Source: Candidatus Hinthialibacteria bacterium OLB16 (GTDB taxonomy: Bacteria > Hinthialibacterota > Hinthialibacteria > OLB16). Taken from it: DNA of 64,000 nt. Under the pieces are notes generated by a model. It saw only the letters and a list, made by a program, of their open reading frames with translations. It was not told where the DNA came from and ran no database searches. The translations under genes were made by a program, and so were the position numbers. Below, one piece after another: positions 50,260-58,759 of the stretch (position 1 is its first letter; each line of letters opens with the position of its first letter). The stretch is taken from contig LMZT01000178.1 in assembly GCA_001567115.1 (NCBI GenBank), positions 4,472-68,471 on the forward strand, in the 5' to 3' direction.

Positions 50260-51229
50260 TCAGAACCAGGTTGCCTTGCCTGATTTCTCCCGGATGACAA
50301 CCCGCTGAAGGAAAGTGATCGCTTTCTCAAGCCCCTCTTTGGGGGTCATCAGGCTGTCTTCATGCTCGATGGAGAGAACATGGTCATAGCCGCAGAGTTT
50401 CAGGGTTGAAACGAAGTTATTCCACCAGATCTCGTCATGGCCATATCCACAGGTGCGGAAAACCCAGGAACGGCTGAGGACATCGCCATAGTTCTTGGTA
50501 TCCAGCGTTCCATTGACCTTGGTGTTGATGACATCCACCCGTGTATCTTTGGCATGGACATAATGAATCGCTCCCTGGAGCGCCCGCGCAGCTGCAATCG
50601 GATCGATCCCCTGCCAGAAGAAGTGGCTGGGATCGAGGTTCGCTCCGATTGTGTTGCCACAAGCCTTGCGAAGTTTGAGAATTGTTTCCGGGTTGTAAAC
50701 AATGAATCCTGGGTGGGCTTCGAATGCCAGTTTGACACCATGATCCCGCGCAAACTTGGCTTCCTGGGTCCAGAATGGGATGGCCACCCCATTCCACTGG
50801 TAATCGAGGACCTCGAGGAAATCAGGCGGCCAGGGGCATGTGACCCAGTTCGGCTGGGTGTCTTTTGGACCGCCGCCCGGGCATCCTGAAAACAGAATCA
50901 CCACCTTAACTCCGATTTTTTCAGCCAACTCGATGGTTTTGCGCTGAACTGCGGTATGGGCTTTGGCGATATCCTTGTTCGGGTGAAGCGGATTGCCATG
51001 GCAGGAGAGGCCGGAAATTTTTTATCTTGCGCCTTTTGAATTCATCCTGCCAGTCAGCCAGTGCCTTCTTGCTTGAGAGCAGGTCTTCCAGCGGGCAATG
51101 GCTCTGCCCTGGATAGTTTCCTGTTCCGATTTCAACCCAATCCACGCCACGTGATTTGATATAATCGAGCGAATCACCCAGAGGGACCCCATTGGCCCCG
51201 AGAATTACAGAAAAGACTCCAACTTCCAT
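50260..51229 (-). pseudogene. Sugar phosphate isomerase/epimerase (xylose-isomerase-like TIM barrel), frame broken at an A6 run (plus-strand T6, 51018-51023)
   Basis: ORF 50921..51229 (MEVGVFSVILGANG...DEFKRRKIK) and ORF 50260..50928 (MAEKIGVKVVILFSGCPGG...) are two parts of one family. Removing one A gives ...KIKISGLSCHGNPLHPNKDIAKAHTAVQRKTIELAEKIGVKVV. Confidence 0.8.
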
Positions 51230-51364
51230 GATCCTTGCCTCCCTGAAGAATTTTATTATCTCGAGTGTGGGACAGATTCACAGCCGTTCACTCGAGCGTG
51301 AAACTCATGCAGCCAAGTCCTGTGTGTGCACCTGGTGGAATTAGAACACGCCCCCAGAGAGACT

Positions 51365-52849
51365 TCAACTCCGGGAATGCTCAATTTTCCTGATCAGGCG
51401 CTGCAGGCGATGGTTCAGGTCCCGCTCCAGCCGTTCAGTCCAGTGGGGCAGATCACAGCTGGCAATATCCCCGATTTCATTCGAGTCGAACCGGTCAGAA
51501 TGGATGATTGGCAGATCATCCTCGTCTCGATCATCGCTCATTGTGGAATAAGTCACAGACCGCCTGCGGACCGATCGAACCTGGATGTATTCATAACGGA
51601 GGTCATCCTCAGTCTCCTCTTCATCCGGCTGAAATTGGTCCAGCGGTTTCGGCTTCTGGTTATAACGGGAGAAAACTTCGATGACCAGTTCACGGGCTTT
51701 GCCGTAATTTTTTTCGGTGTGTTCGAAGTATTTGGCAAGTTCGATGGAAATGAGCGGATCGAAGAAACCGGACTGATAAGCAGACTGCCAGATGGAAGCA
51801 GCCCGCTCGAGGTTTTTCGCACGCTTGTGCAGGAGGGCCAGATATCGGGAGCACAGATGCCATTCCACTGTCCACCGCGATGGACTGGGGACCGATTCCA
51901 GGATTTCGATGGCTTTCTGGAGATTCCCGCGGGAATCATAATATCGCGCCACACCCAGCGACTCCCACAGATTGGATGCAGAAAGGGGGTCGATATGGAG
52001 GCGGCAGGCCTGTTCGGTCAGAGCGGCCAGAGCCACGATGTCCATCCGGTTGTGATAGAAAATCGGAGCCATGGTCTGTGGGGAAGCGCCTCGCAGGAAC
52101 TGGAAATAAAGATGCGGAATCAGGCTGCCAGGGACATCCCCTTCACGCTCACTGCCAAGAACTTTCGATTCGAGAAAGGAGAGATTTGCCGCGCCATAAG
52201 CTGGTTTCCAAAGGCGGCGGGCTACAGGCAGGAGGTCGAGGTGTGGTATTTCGGACAGGGGAATCCGAACCCGGTTAAAGACGAATCGTGTCCTGAGGAG
52301 TGGCAGATCAAAGGTAGCCCCATTGTAAGTGACCAGCAGGGCCGCCTTTTTGATTTCCTCCCCCAGAAGCGCCATCTGGGCAGGTTCCTCATCAAAGTCA
52401 CGCATGAAGTATTGAGTGACCAGAAAGCCTTCTTTCTCCAAAGAACCGACACCGATCATGAAGGCGTAGGTTCCGGTTCCCCCGGCAAGACCGGTTGTCT
52501 CGGTATCGATGAAGAGAATTTTTCCATCCGGCTGGCCAAGCTCCAGGCCGAACACCTCGGCCAGGCGCACCGCATCGAGATTGCACAATGATTGAAGGGG
52601 GTAATTCCCGAAAAACTGATCGTAAGGAAAAAATTCCTCACTGACAAAACAGGTATCCTCACCGACCGAGTGAACTTCGCCTGGAATGAAACGGGAGAGG
52701 TCGGGCGGGTCTTTCCGGGGGGCTTCCTGCAGAATCAGATCCGAGGCACGCATCACTCCAACCGGGAGTTTCTTATTCAGCTGGCGGAGCCTTTGGACAA
52801 TATCATCGATCGGCACAACTTCCCTCCCCCCGGGTTCCTGCTGATTCAA
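51365..52849 (-). CDS. RNase H-like 3'-5' exonuclease-domain protein (YprB/COG3359 type) with a C-terminal TPR region
   Basis: 494 aa. ILFIDTETTGLAGGTGTYAFMIG...VTYNGATFDLPLL...YHNRMDIVALA are exonuclease motifs. The C-terminus is TPR-like. Confidence 0.78.
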   Translation of the reverse strand: MNQQEPGGREVVPIDDIVQRLRQLNKKLPVGVMRASDLILQEAPRKDPPDLSRFIPGEVHSVGEDTCFVSEEFFPYDQFFGNYPLQSLCNLDAVRLAEVFGLELGQPDGKILFIDTETTGLAGGTGTYAFMIGVGSLEKEGFLVTQYFMRDFDEEPAQMALLGEEIKKAALLVTYNGATFDLPLLRTRFVFNRVRIPLSEIPHLDLLPVARRLWKPAYGAANLSFLESKVLGSEREGDVPGSLIPHLYFQFLRGASPQTMAPIFYHNRMDIVALAALTEQACRLHIDPLSASNLWESLGVARYYDSRGNLQKAIEILESVPSPSRWTVEWHLCSRYLALLHKRAKNLERAASIWQSAYQSGFFDPLISIELAKYFEHTEKNYGKARELVIEVFSRYNQKPKPLDQFQPDEEETEDDLRYEYIQVRSVRRRSVTYSTMSDDRDEDDLPIIHSDRFDSNEIGDIASCDLPHWTERLERDLNHRLQRLIRKIEHSRS

Positions 52850-52947
52850 TCTTATGAAACCTGTACAGGCCGCACAAGCAGAAAACAGGTTCGATCACCA
52901 AGGCTCCTGCAAATATCAATGGAAAGCGATAGGATAAAAAGACCGCC

Positions 52948-54126
52948 ATGGCGATCATTTACCTTGATAATAATGCAACCACACGAGTGGCCCCGGAAGT
53001 CCGTGAAGCTCTCCTGCCATTTCTGGATGAGTTGTATGGCAACCCGAGCTCCCCCCACCATTTTGGAGGCCAGGTGGAAAAATACCTGACCATTGCACGA
53101 ACCCAGCTGGCAGAGCTGCTGGGGTGCAGGCCGAAAGAGATCACCTTTACCAGTGGAGGAACGGAATCGGATAACCTCGCCATCCGGGGGGTTCTCGCCG
53201 CGCGGCCTGAAAAGAGGCACATCATCACTTCACAGGTCGAACACAGTGCTGTTCTGGTTCAGTGCCAGGAGCTGTCACGCCAAGGGTACCATGTCGATTT
53301 CCTGACGGTGGATTCGGATGGGCAGATCGATCTGGAGGATCTCGAAAATAAGATACAACAGGATACAGCCCTGGTATCGATCATGTGGGCCAACAATGAA
53401 ACGGGAGTCCTGTTTCCGATCGAATCCATTTCCCAGATATGCAAGGCCCATAAAGTTCCCCTGCATGTCGATGCGGTCCAGGCGGTGGGAAAAATTCCGA
53501 TCAACCTGGGTTCCACCCACATCGATCTGCTGTCGCTGTCCGGGCATAAAATCCATGCTCCCAAGGGAGTCGGAGCGCTGTATGTTCGAACCGGCCTGCG
53601 AATTCGCCCGATTACCTGGGGAGGCCACCAGGAGCGTGGAAAGCGCCCTGGCACAGAGCCGGTTCCCCTGATTGTCGGACTGGGCAAAGCCGCTGAGCTC
53701 GCTCATGGCTGGATTGATGAGGAACAAAACCGTGTCCGCCAGCTTCGTGACATGCTGGAGACAGGGCTGGCCGGGTCCATCGCCAACCTTCAGGTCAATG
53801 GAGCAGGAAGCCCGAGGCTGCCGAATACACTGAATGTCTGCTTCAAAGGGGTCGAAGGGGAAGCTCTGCTGTTGTTGATGGACCAGATGGGCATGGCGGC
53901 CTCATCCGGGAGCGCCTGCCTGGCAGACAAACTCGAGCCTTCCCATGTTCTGCTCGCGATGGGGGTCCCCGAATCGGTTGCCCAGGGAGCTGTTCGCTTC
54001 AGCCTGAGCCGTTACAACACAGAAGAGGAAATCCGTGAGGTTTTGAAGGTCATCCCGGGTCTGAATGAGAAGGTGCTGCAGCTCTCGAAGGCCGCAGATC
54101 CGGTCAAGAAGATGGTTTCCCCATAG
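52948..54126 (+). CDS. nifS: Cysteine desulfurase (NifS/IscS class)
   Basis: 392 aa. IYLDNNATTRVAPEV, the PLP lysine region SLSGHKIHAPKGVGALY, and the active-site loop SSGSAC. Confidence 0.9.
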   Translation: MAIIYLDNNATTRVAPEVREALLPFLDELYGNPSSPHHFGGQVEKYLTIARTQLAELLGCRPKEITFTSGGTESDNLAIRGVLAARPEKRHIITSQVEHSAVLVQCQELSRQGYHVDFLTVDSDGQIDLEDLENKIQQDTALVSIMWANNETGVLFPIESISQICKAHKVPLHVDAVQAVGKIPINLGSTHIDLLSLSGHKIHAPKGVGALYVRTGLRIRPITWGGHQERGKRPGTEPVPLIVGLGKAAELAHGWIDEEQNRVRQLRDMLETGLAGSIANLQVNGAGSPRLPNTLNVCFKGVEGEALLLLMDQMGMAASSGSACLADKLEPSHVLLAMGVPESVAQGAVRFSLSRYNTEEEIREVLKVIPGLNEKVLQLSKAADPVKKMVSP

Positions 54127-55117
54127 ATCCATGGGGGCGCAAAGCCTTTTTCCAGGTTTTCCAGAGTGCCTTCGGGCCAGTCATACTATTCAGGTACATG
54201 CGCCTGCGTGATTCACGATCGGCATCTATCATGATGATCCAGGCATCTCTTTCCGCCCGTTCGAACAATCCACCGAGGGCACGGATCCGGTCCTCCAGCA
54301 TGTCCAGATCATGGATTTCACCCAACAGGTCCTGAATACGGGAAAGGGATTCTTTCCAGGGTGATGCCAGTTCTGTCAGGAAGTCTTCGGTGATATAGCG
54401 AAATCTTTTCAATATAATCCGCAGCGTGTGCCATTCGAACCGATCGTTTGTCCGCACCGCACCGGAATGATGGCTCAGAAACTCATCGAGTGTCTCTCCA
54501 GCCAGCAGGATAAATGGGGTTGCAGAAGGATCGAGCGACGCAGCCCGCCGTGGAAGAATGCATTTCCAGAATTCCCAATTGTCGAGATCGAAACGGGAAA
54601 GCGCCTGGAGAGATTTGCGCCTGTGATTTTCTTCATCGGCTGAAAGAATTCCGGTCAGCTGATCCGCCAGGGGATCCGGATCACGCCTGAGCCGGTCAAT
54701 CCAGATCTGGAGGACATGAGTATCCCTCAGGCAGCCCACCGCCCGAGCCAGTTTCCCGGATTGACGGAGCATCTTTTTCCAGGATTTATGGGGGTCGAGA
54801 CGCTCGATTCCTGCGGCAAAGGAACGGCAGCGGCGCAGAGCCACACGGAGATCATGGATGGTTTCCTCATTCGGAGACTGAAGGGAATTTCTCACCAGCC
54901 TGCCCACCTGCCGCATCCGCTTCTCGAGGGGATGGACTGCTGGGGAGTCCGGAATTTCTACTTCGGTCATGAGTCCCCCCAAAGAAATTCTTCGATATCC
55001 AGGCTGGCCATGGTTCATGATACACCGGTACGATCCTTCTGGCTTCATGAAAGTTCTTTTTTGAACTGGCTGGTGTCCACATCGAAGTCCTTTTAACAGA
55101 ACCCGACCTGCTGCCAC
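54104..55117 (-). CDS. CHAD-domain protein
   Basis: IHDLRVALRRCRSFAAGIE and repeated helical HxxR segments are typical of CHAD. The start is uncertain, and the ATG at 54970 (MTEVEIP) is possible. The 3' end overlaps the nifS end. Confidence 0.72.
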   Translation of the reverse strand: MAAGRVLLKGLRCGHQPVQKRTFMKPEGSYRCIMNHGQPGYRRISLGGLMTEVEIPDSPAVHPLEKRMRQVGRLVRNSLQSPNEETIHDLRVALRRCRSFAAGIERLDPHKSWKKMLRQSGKLARAVGCLRDTHVLQIWIDRLRRDPDPLADQLTGILSADEENHRRKSLQALSRFDLDNWEFWKCILPRRAASLDPSATPFILLAGETLDEFLSHHSGAVRTNDRFEWHTLRIILKRFRYITEDFLTELASPWKESLSRIQDLLGEIHDLDMLEDRIRALGGLFERAERDAWIIMIDADRESRRRMYLNSMTGPKALWKTWKKALRPHGSMGKPSS

Positions 55118-55170
55118 AAATCAAAAAGACGTGTAAACTAGCCGCCGTTTTCATATCAACTGCTTCATCA

Positions 55171-56553
55171 ATGAAGGAACATGCCATGAATGGACTCTTT
55201 TCTCCGGAAGAGATCGAAAATGCCATCCGCAGTGGTGAGATCGATACAGTCATAACCGCTTTTCCTGATCATCTTGGCCGGTTGATCGGCAAAAGAACGG
55301 TGGGCGACTATTTTCTGGATCATGTCATGACCCGCCCTCTTCATGCCTGTGCTTATCTGCTGACTGTGGATATGGAAATGACCCCTTTCCAGGGGTTTGA
55401 GTTGACCAGCTGGGACAGAGGGTATGGCGATTTCAGGATGATCCCGGATTTCAGCACACTGCGCAAAATTTCATGGCTTGAAAAAACGGCTCTGGTCCTT
55501 TGCGATCTGGAAGGTGAGGAGGATGACCAGCCGGTCCAGGAATCCCCACGGACGATTTTACGGCAGCAGATTCAACTTGCCGAATCGAGAGGGTATTCCT
55601 TCGCAATGGGGTCCGAGCTGGAGTTTTACCTGTTCGATCAGACCTATCGATCCATGTATGGCAGTTCTTTTCGCGATTTGAGGCCTTCCACCGACTATCT
55701 GGTCGATTATCACATCCTGGGCACCACCCAGGATGAACCCGTCATCCGGGACATCCGCAATCAGATGAACAACTCGGCGGTTCCAATCGAGTTCAGCAAA
55801 GGAGAGTGGGGCCGTGGACAGTATGAAATCAACCTGCGATACACACACCCTCTCGAGATGGCGGACCGCCATGCCATTTACAAGAACGGGGCCAAGGAAA
55901 TTGCCACGAAGCATGGAAAAGCCATCACCTTCATGGCGAAATATGCCTCGGAAGCTGCCGGGAGCAGCTGCCATCTGCACACCAGCATGTGGGGGGTCGA
56001 AGACCAGGCAAACTTGTTATGGGATGAGGGAAAATCAGCTCCCAGCCAGCTGTTGCGCTGGTTTATCGGTGGTCTTCTTCAGGGAGAAAGGGAGCTGTGC
56101 CTGCTGTTTGCACCGACAGTTAATTCCTACAAACGATTCAGAAAAGGGTCCTTCGCGCCAACTGCGATCAGCTGGTCGGTTGATAATCGCACGACCTGCC
56201 TGCGTTGCGTGGGGCATGGAGGGTCTTTCCGTGTGGAGAACCGCCTGCCGGGAGCCGATGTCAACCCTTACCTTTCCATGGCAGCTACCATTGCGGCTGG
56301 ATTGTATGGCATCGAGCATCAGATCGATTGTGGCGACCCATTCGGCGGGGATGCCTATTCTCACTCGGGTCTGGAGAGGGTTCCCGGCACACTCGATGAG
56401 GCCATGGAGGCATTCCGCAATTCTGCGATTGCAGAATGGGCATTTGGAGAGCGTGTCAAACGCTTCCTGATCCACCAGGCCGAGATCGAGCTGTCCTGTT
56501 ATCATGAGGCGGTCACAGATTGGGAGCGGAACCGTTATTTCGAAAGGATTTGA
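55171..56553 (+). CDS. Glutamine-synthetase-family ligase (GlnA3/PuuA-like)
   Basis: 460 aa. GSELEFYLF, KGEWGRGQYEIN, SSCHLHTSMW and NRTTCLRCV motifs of GS type I-like enzymes. Confidence 0.88.
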   Translation: MKEHAMNGLFSPEEIENAIRSGEIDTVITAFPDHLGRLIGKRTVGDYFLDHVMTRPLHACAYLLTVDMEMTPFQGFELTSWDRGYGDFRMIPDFSTLRKISWLEKTALVLCDLEGEEDDQPVQESPRTILRQQIQLAESRGYSFAMGSELEFYLFDQTYRSMYGSSFRDLRPSTDYLVDYHILGTTQDEPVIRDIRNQMNNSAVPIEFSKGEWGRGQYEINLRYTHPLEMADRHAIYKNGAKEIATKHGKAITFMAKYASEAAGSSCHLHTSMWGVEDQANLLWDEGKSAPSQLLRWFIGGLLQGERELCLLFAPTVNSYKRFRKGSFAPTAISWSVDNRTTCLRCVGHGGSFRVENRLPGADVNPYLSMAATIAAGLYGIEHQIDCGDPFGGDAYSHSGLERVPGTLDEAMEAFRNSAIAEWAFGERVKRFLIHQAEIELSCYHEAVTDWERNRYFERI

Positions 56554-56656
56554 TATCCTGCCAGGGCCAAAGAAATCACAGGCTGTTCATGGAGAGGCAG
56601 TGGATGTCACCCCTTCTTCCCTGCCCTGAAAGGACTGGATATCCTGAAATCTATGG

Positions 56657-56950
56657 ATGATCTCCGTTTCGAAAAAAGACCGGTATCTGGTCATAAAGCG
56701 CGAGTATGCAGAAAAGCTGTTGTCACCAGCGGCACTGAAAGAGCTGGAGGGCGCGGTTGAAAGCCTGAGCCACACCTATTTTGTGGTCAATCTGGATGAG
56801 GCTGAGGGCCGAAGCGCCATGGAAACTTATTTCGAGAAACGCTATTCAGCCTCCCCGGACCGTTGCCCCGAGTGTGGATCGATTCTGGCCCATCGTGGTG
56901 GATGCAGGGAATGCCCTAACCCGAGTTGCGGTTGGGCAGCCTGCCAGTAA
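56657..56950 (+). CDS. Hypothetical small protein with a C-terminal zinc-ribbon (CPxC...CxxC)
   Basis: 97 aa ending CPECGSILAHRGGCRECPNPSCGWAACQ. There is no clear RBS. GC content and codon style match the neighbouring genes. Confidence 0.4.
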   Translation: MISVSKKDRYLVIKREYAEKLLSPAALKELEGAVESLSHTYFVVNLDEAEGRSAMETYFEKRYSASPDRCPECGSILAHRGGCRECPNPSCGWAACQ

Positions 56951-57170
56951 ACTCCTCCAAGTTCAGGCTCATATTCCAGAGAGTGGGACTCAATTGTCTC
57001 ATATTCTGAGTCATATTTGTCCCACCCTAACGAAATGAAGCAAGCGTTACCACCATACCCTTTTCCACTTCCGCTTCGAAATAACCTATCAGACAAATTT
57101 TCGTTACGCCAAATACCTGAATTCAAGCAAATAACAACATTTTCGTTAGAGGATGACAAAATTTCTAAGT

Positions 57171-57188
57171 TTGGCACGCCTTCTGCTT
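57171..57188 (+). promoter_or_regulatory. Candidate sigma-54 (-24/-12) promoter of the first pilin paralogue
   Basis: TTGGCACGCCTTCTGCTT compared with the consensus TGGCACG-N4-TTGCW. GG is at 57173-74 and GC at 57185-86, exactly 12 nt apart. It lies about 130 nt upstream of the ATG at 57318. Confidence 0.5.
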
Positions 57189-57317
57189 TATCTCGGGATG
57201 TCTCTGAAAAAAACCTGCAGCCGCAGGGAAACAGAATCAGGGATAAAAAAACAAAAAGGTTCAGCCGACCGGTATGACCGGTGGAAGACCAGGAATTGAA
57301 AACAGGAGGATAGGAAG

Positions 57318-57797
57318 ATGTCAAACTTGATGAACAGGAAGCGTGGTTTTACACTGGTGGAGATCATGATCGTTCTGGCAATTATCGGTCTGATCGTGTC
57401 GATTGCTGTTCCGGCCTTCTTGAAGAACAGACGGGATGCACAGGGAAGCGCCTGCAATGGCCAGCTGGATTCGATCTTCTCCGCCAAGGAGCAGGTTGCC
57501 TTCAAAAAGAATGTGCGCATCAATGGCCCGGTCATTCCTTTCAATGCCGATGAAATCAACAGCTATCTGCGTGGCACCAGTGTGGATGATCCCTGCCCGG
57601 GTGGTGGTGCTTACACAATCGGTGACATCAATGATGCCAACGGCCAGGTGATTATCCCGATTTGCGACCAGTCCGGCGAAGATGGGGGTGGTGGTGTGAC
57701 CTTCGAACAGCAGGGCCTCCACATCCATCGCCGCTCCTACACACAGGATGGCAATGGCGACTACGCTCAGAACACCAACTATACCTTCGCCAGCTGA
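57318..57797 (+). CDS. Prepilin-type N-terminal methylation-domain protein (pilin/pseudopilin), paralogue 1
   Basis: 159 aa. KRGFTLVEIMIVLAIIGLIVSIAVPAFLKNRRDAQGSAC.... An AGGAGGA RBS lies at 57304-57310. Confidence 0.87.
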   Translation: MSNLMNRKRGFTLVEIMIVLAIIGLIVSIAVPAFLKNRRDAQGSACNGQLDSIFSAKEQVAFKKNVRINGPVIPFNADEINSYLRGTSVDDPCPGGGAYTIGDINDANGQVIIPICDQSGEDGGGGVTFEQQGLHIHRRSYTQDGNGDYAQNTNYTFAS

Positions 57798-57824
57798 TCC
57801 AGACTCACACATAACCTCACTGTG

Positions 57825-57862
57825 GAGGGTGGCATCGCGAGATGCCACCCTCTCGCATTTTT
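57825..57862 (+). terminator. Rho-independent terminator after pilin paralogue 1
   Basis: Perfect 12-bp stem GAGGGTGGCATC/GATGCCACCCTC with a GCGA loop, followed by TCGCATTTTT. Confidence 0.8.
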
Positions 57863-58066
57863 GCCGGATGAGTTTTTTCTGATGAAATTCGACCCAGGGG
57901 AATCACCCGCGGATCTCCGCCATTCAGTGCAAGGCTTCCTCCCATGCCCTGAGAATACGAAGCCTTCCCGTGACCTGGCTCCAGTCCGAGACTCAGTTTC
58001 ACCTCTCCTTGGGTTTCAAAAGGCAGTCGAATCTGGAGGATCCACTTCGGAAAATAATCCTTATTT

Positions 58067-58084
58067 CTGGCATGAATGCTGCGA
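58067..58084 (+). promoter_or_regulatory. Candidate sigma-54 (-24/-12) promoter of the second pilin paralogue
   Basis: CTGGCATGAATGCTGCGA. GG is at 58069-70 and GC at 58081-82, 12 nt apart. It lies about 140 nt upstream of the ATG at 58223, the same layout as paralogue 1. Confidence 0.45.
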
Positions 58085-58222
58085 ATTTTATTATTGAAAC
58101 CCTGGTCCACAACTAATCAGCCCATCATCAGGCGCTTCACACCAGTTCAGGGAAATTCAGGACATAACACCGGATCCGCATCCGGGTATTAATAAATCGA
58201 CCGAAGAGGAGAGGCAAACATC

Positions 58223-58696
58223 ATGGCGACAATAAGAACAAGAGGATTCACACTGGTTGAGATCATGATTGTGCTCGCGATCATTGGACTGATCGTTTCC
58301 ATTGCAGTTCCCGCCTTTTTGAAAAACCGTCGAGATGCTCAAGGAAGCGCCTGCAACGGCCAGCTGGATTCCATCTACGCTTCGAAGGAGCAGATCGCAT
58401 GGAAGAAGAATGCTCATGCCAATGGGCCGATCATCCCCTTCAATGCGGATGAGGTGAACAGTTACCTGAGGGGAACCAATGTGGATGATCTCTGCCCGGG
58501 GGGCGGAAGTTATACAATCGGGGACATTAATGACGCAGATGGGCTGGTCATTGTACCGATTTGTGATCTTGAGGCTGAGGATGGCGGCGGGGGGGTCACC
58601 AATATGGCTCAGGGGCTTCATATCCACCGGCGGTCATACAACCAGGACGCCAATGGGGATTATACCCGCGACACCATACACACCTTCGCGAACTGA
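58223..58696 (+). CDS. Prepilin-type N-terminal methylation-domain protein (pilin/pseudopilin), paralogue 2
   Basis: 157 aa. RGFTLVEIMIVLAIIGLIVSIAVPAFLKNRRDAQGSAC.... It is colinear with paralogue 1 along its whole length. Confidence 0.87.
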   Translation: MATIRTRGFTLVEIMIVLAIIGLIVSIAVPAFLKNRRDAQGSACNGQLDSIYASKEQIAWKKNAHANGPIIPFNADEVNSYLRGTNVDDLCPGGGSYTIGDINDADGLVIVPICDLEAEDGGGGVTNMAQGLHIHRRSYNQDANGDYTRDTIHTFAN

Positions 58697-58723
58697 CCCG
58701 GCGATAATCTGAGAGTGATTGAA

Positions 58724-58759
58724 CAGGGGGCGGAGTCATCTGCCCTCTGTTTTTTTTTT
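58724..58759 (+). terminator. Rho-independent terminator after pilin paralogue 2 (abuts the argC stop)
   Basis: 10-bp stem CAGGGGGCGG/CTGCCCTCTG (two G-U pairs) with a 6-nt loop, followed by a T10 run that overlaps the argC stop codon on the other strand. Confidence 0.7.

Noticed and set aside
5745-51229. Programmed ribosomal frameshifting or transcriptional slippage as the explanation for the eight frame breaks.
   Set aside because: The breaks need corrections in both directions (+1 and -1). They occur in unrelated gene families, including tsf. They lack a common slippery heptamer plus downstream structure, and some are not at homopolymers. Indel error or random decay is more parsimonious.
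51326-52591. Very long antisense ORFs. The main ones are 51326..52591 + (421 aa), 16910..18172 + (420 aa), 6241..7353 - (370 aa) and 46716..47702 - (328 aa). Others include 16129..17022 +, 35981..36643 -, 11208..11825 - and 46193..46975 -.
   Set aside because: Each lies opposite a gene with clear family motifs, and their own translations are low-complexity (rich in R, P, G and S). For the two I checked (51326..52591 and 16910..18172), the frame is codon-aligned with the sense gene. In that arrangement stops arise only from sense TTA, CTA or TCA codons, which this genome appears to use rarely. They are a by-product of codon bias, not overlapping genes.
56842-57324. Open frames on both strands in the low-GC spacers flanking the pilin genes: 56842..57324 - (160 aa), 57017..57277 +, 57817..58110 - and 57822..58097 +.
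   Set aside because: The 160-aa minus ORF would have to start (TTG) inside the pilin gene. It would also contain the pilin's -24/-12 element and overlap the zinc-ribbon ORF antisense. It has no ATG, no RBS and no proper lipobox. The mirror-image ORFs at the second pilin behave the same way. I treat all of them as non-coding, but this is not fully excluded; proteomics or Ribo-seq would settle it.
57321-58627. Antisense ORFs that exactly shadow the two pilin genes (57321..57848 - and 58157..58627 -).
   Set aside because: They are mirror images of well-supported prepilin genes. They have the same codon-aligned antisense geometry and no motifs of their own.
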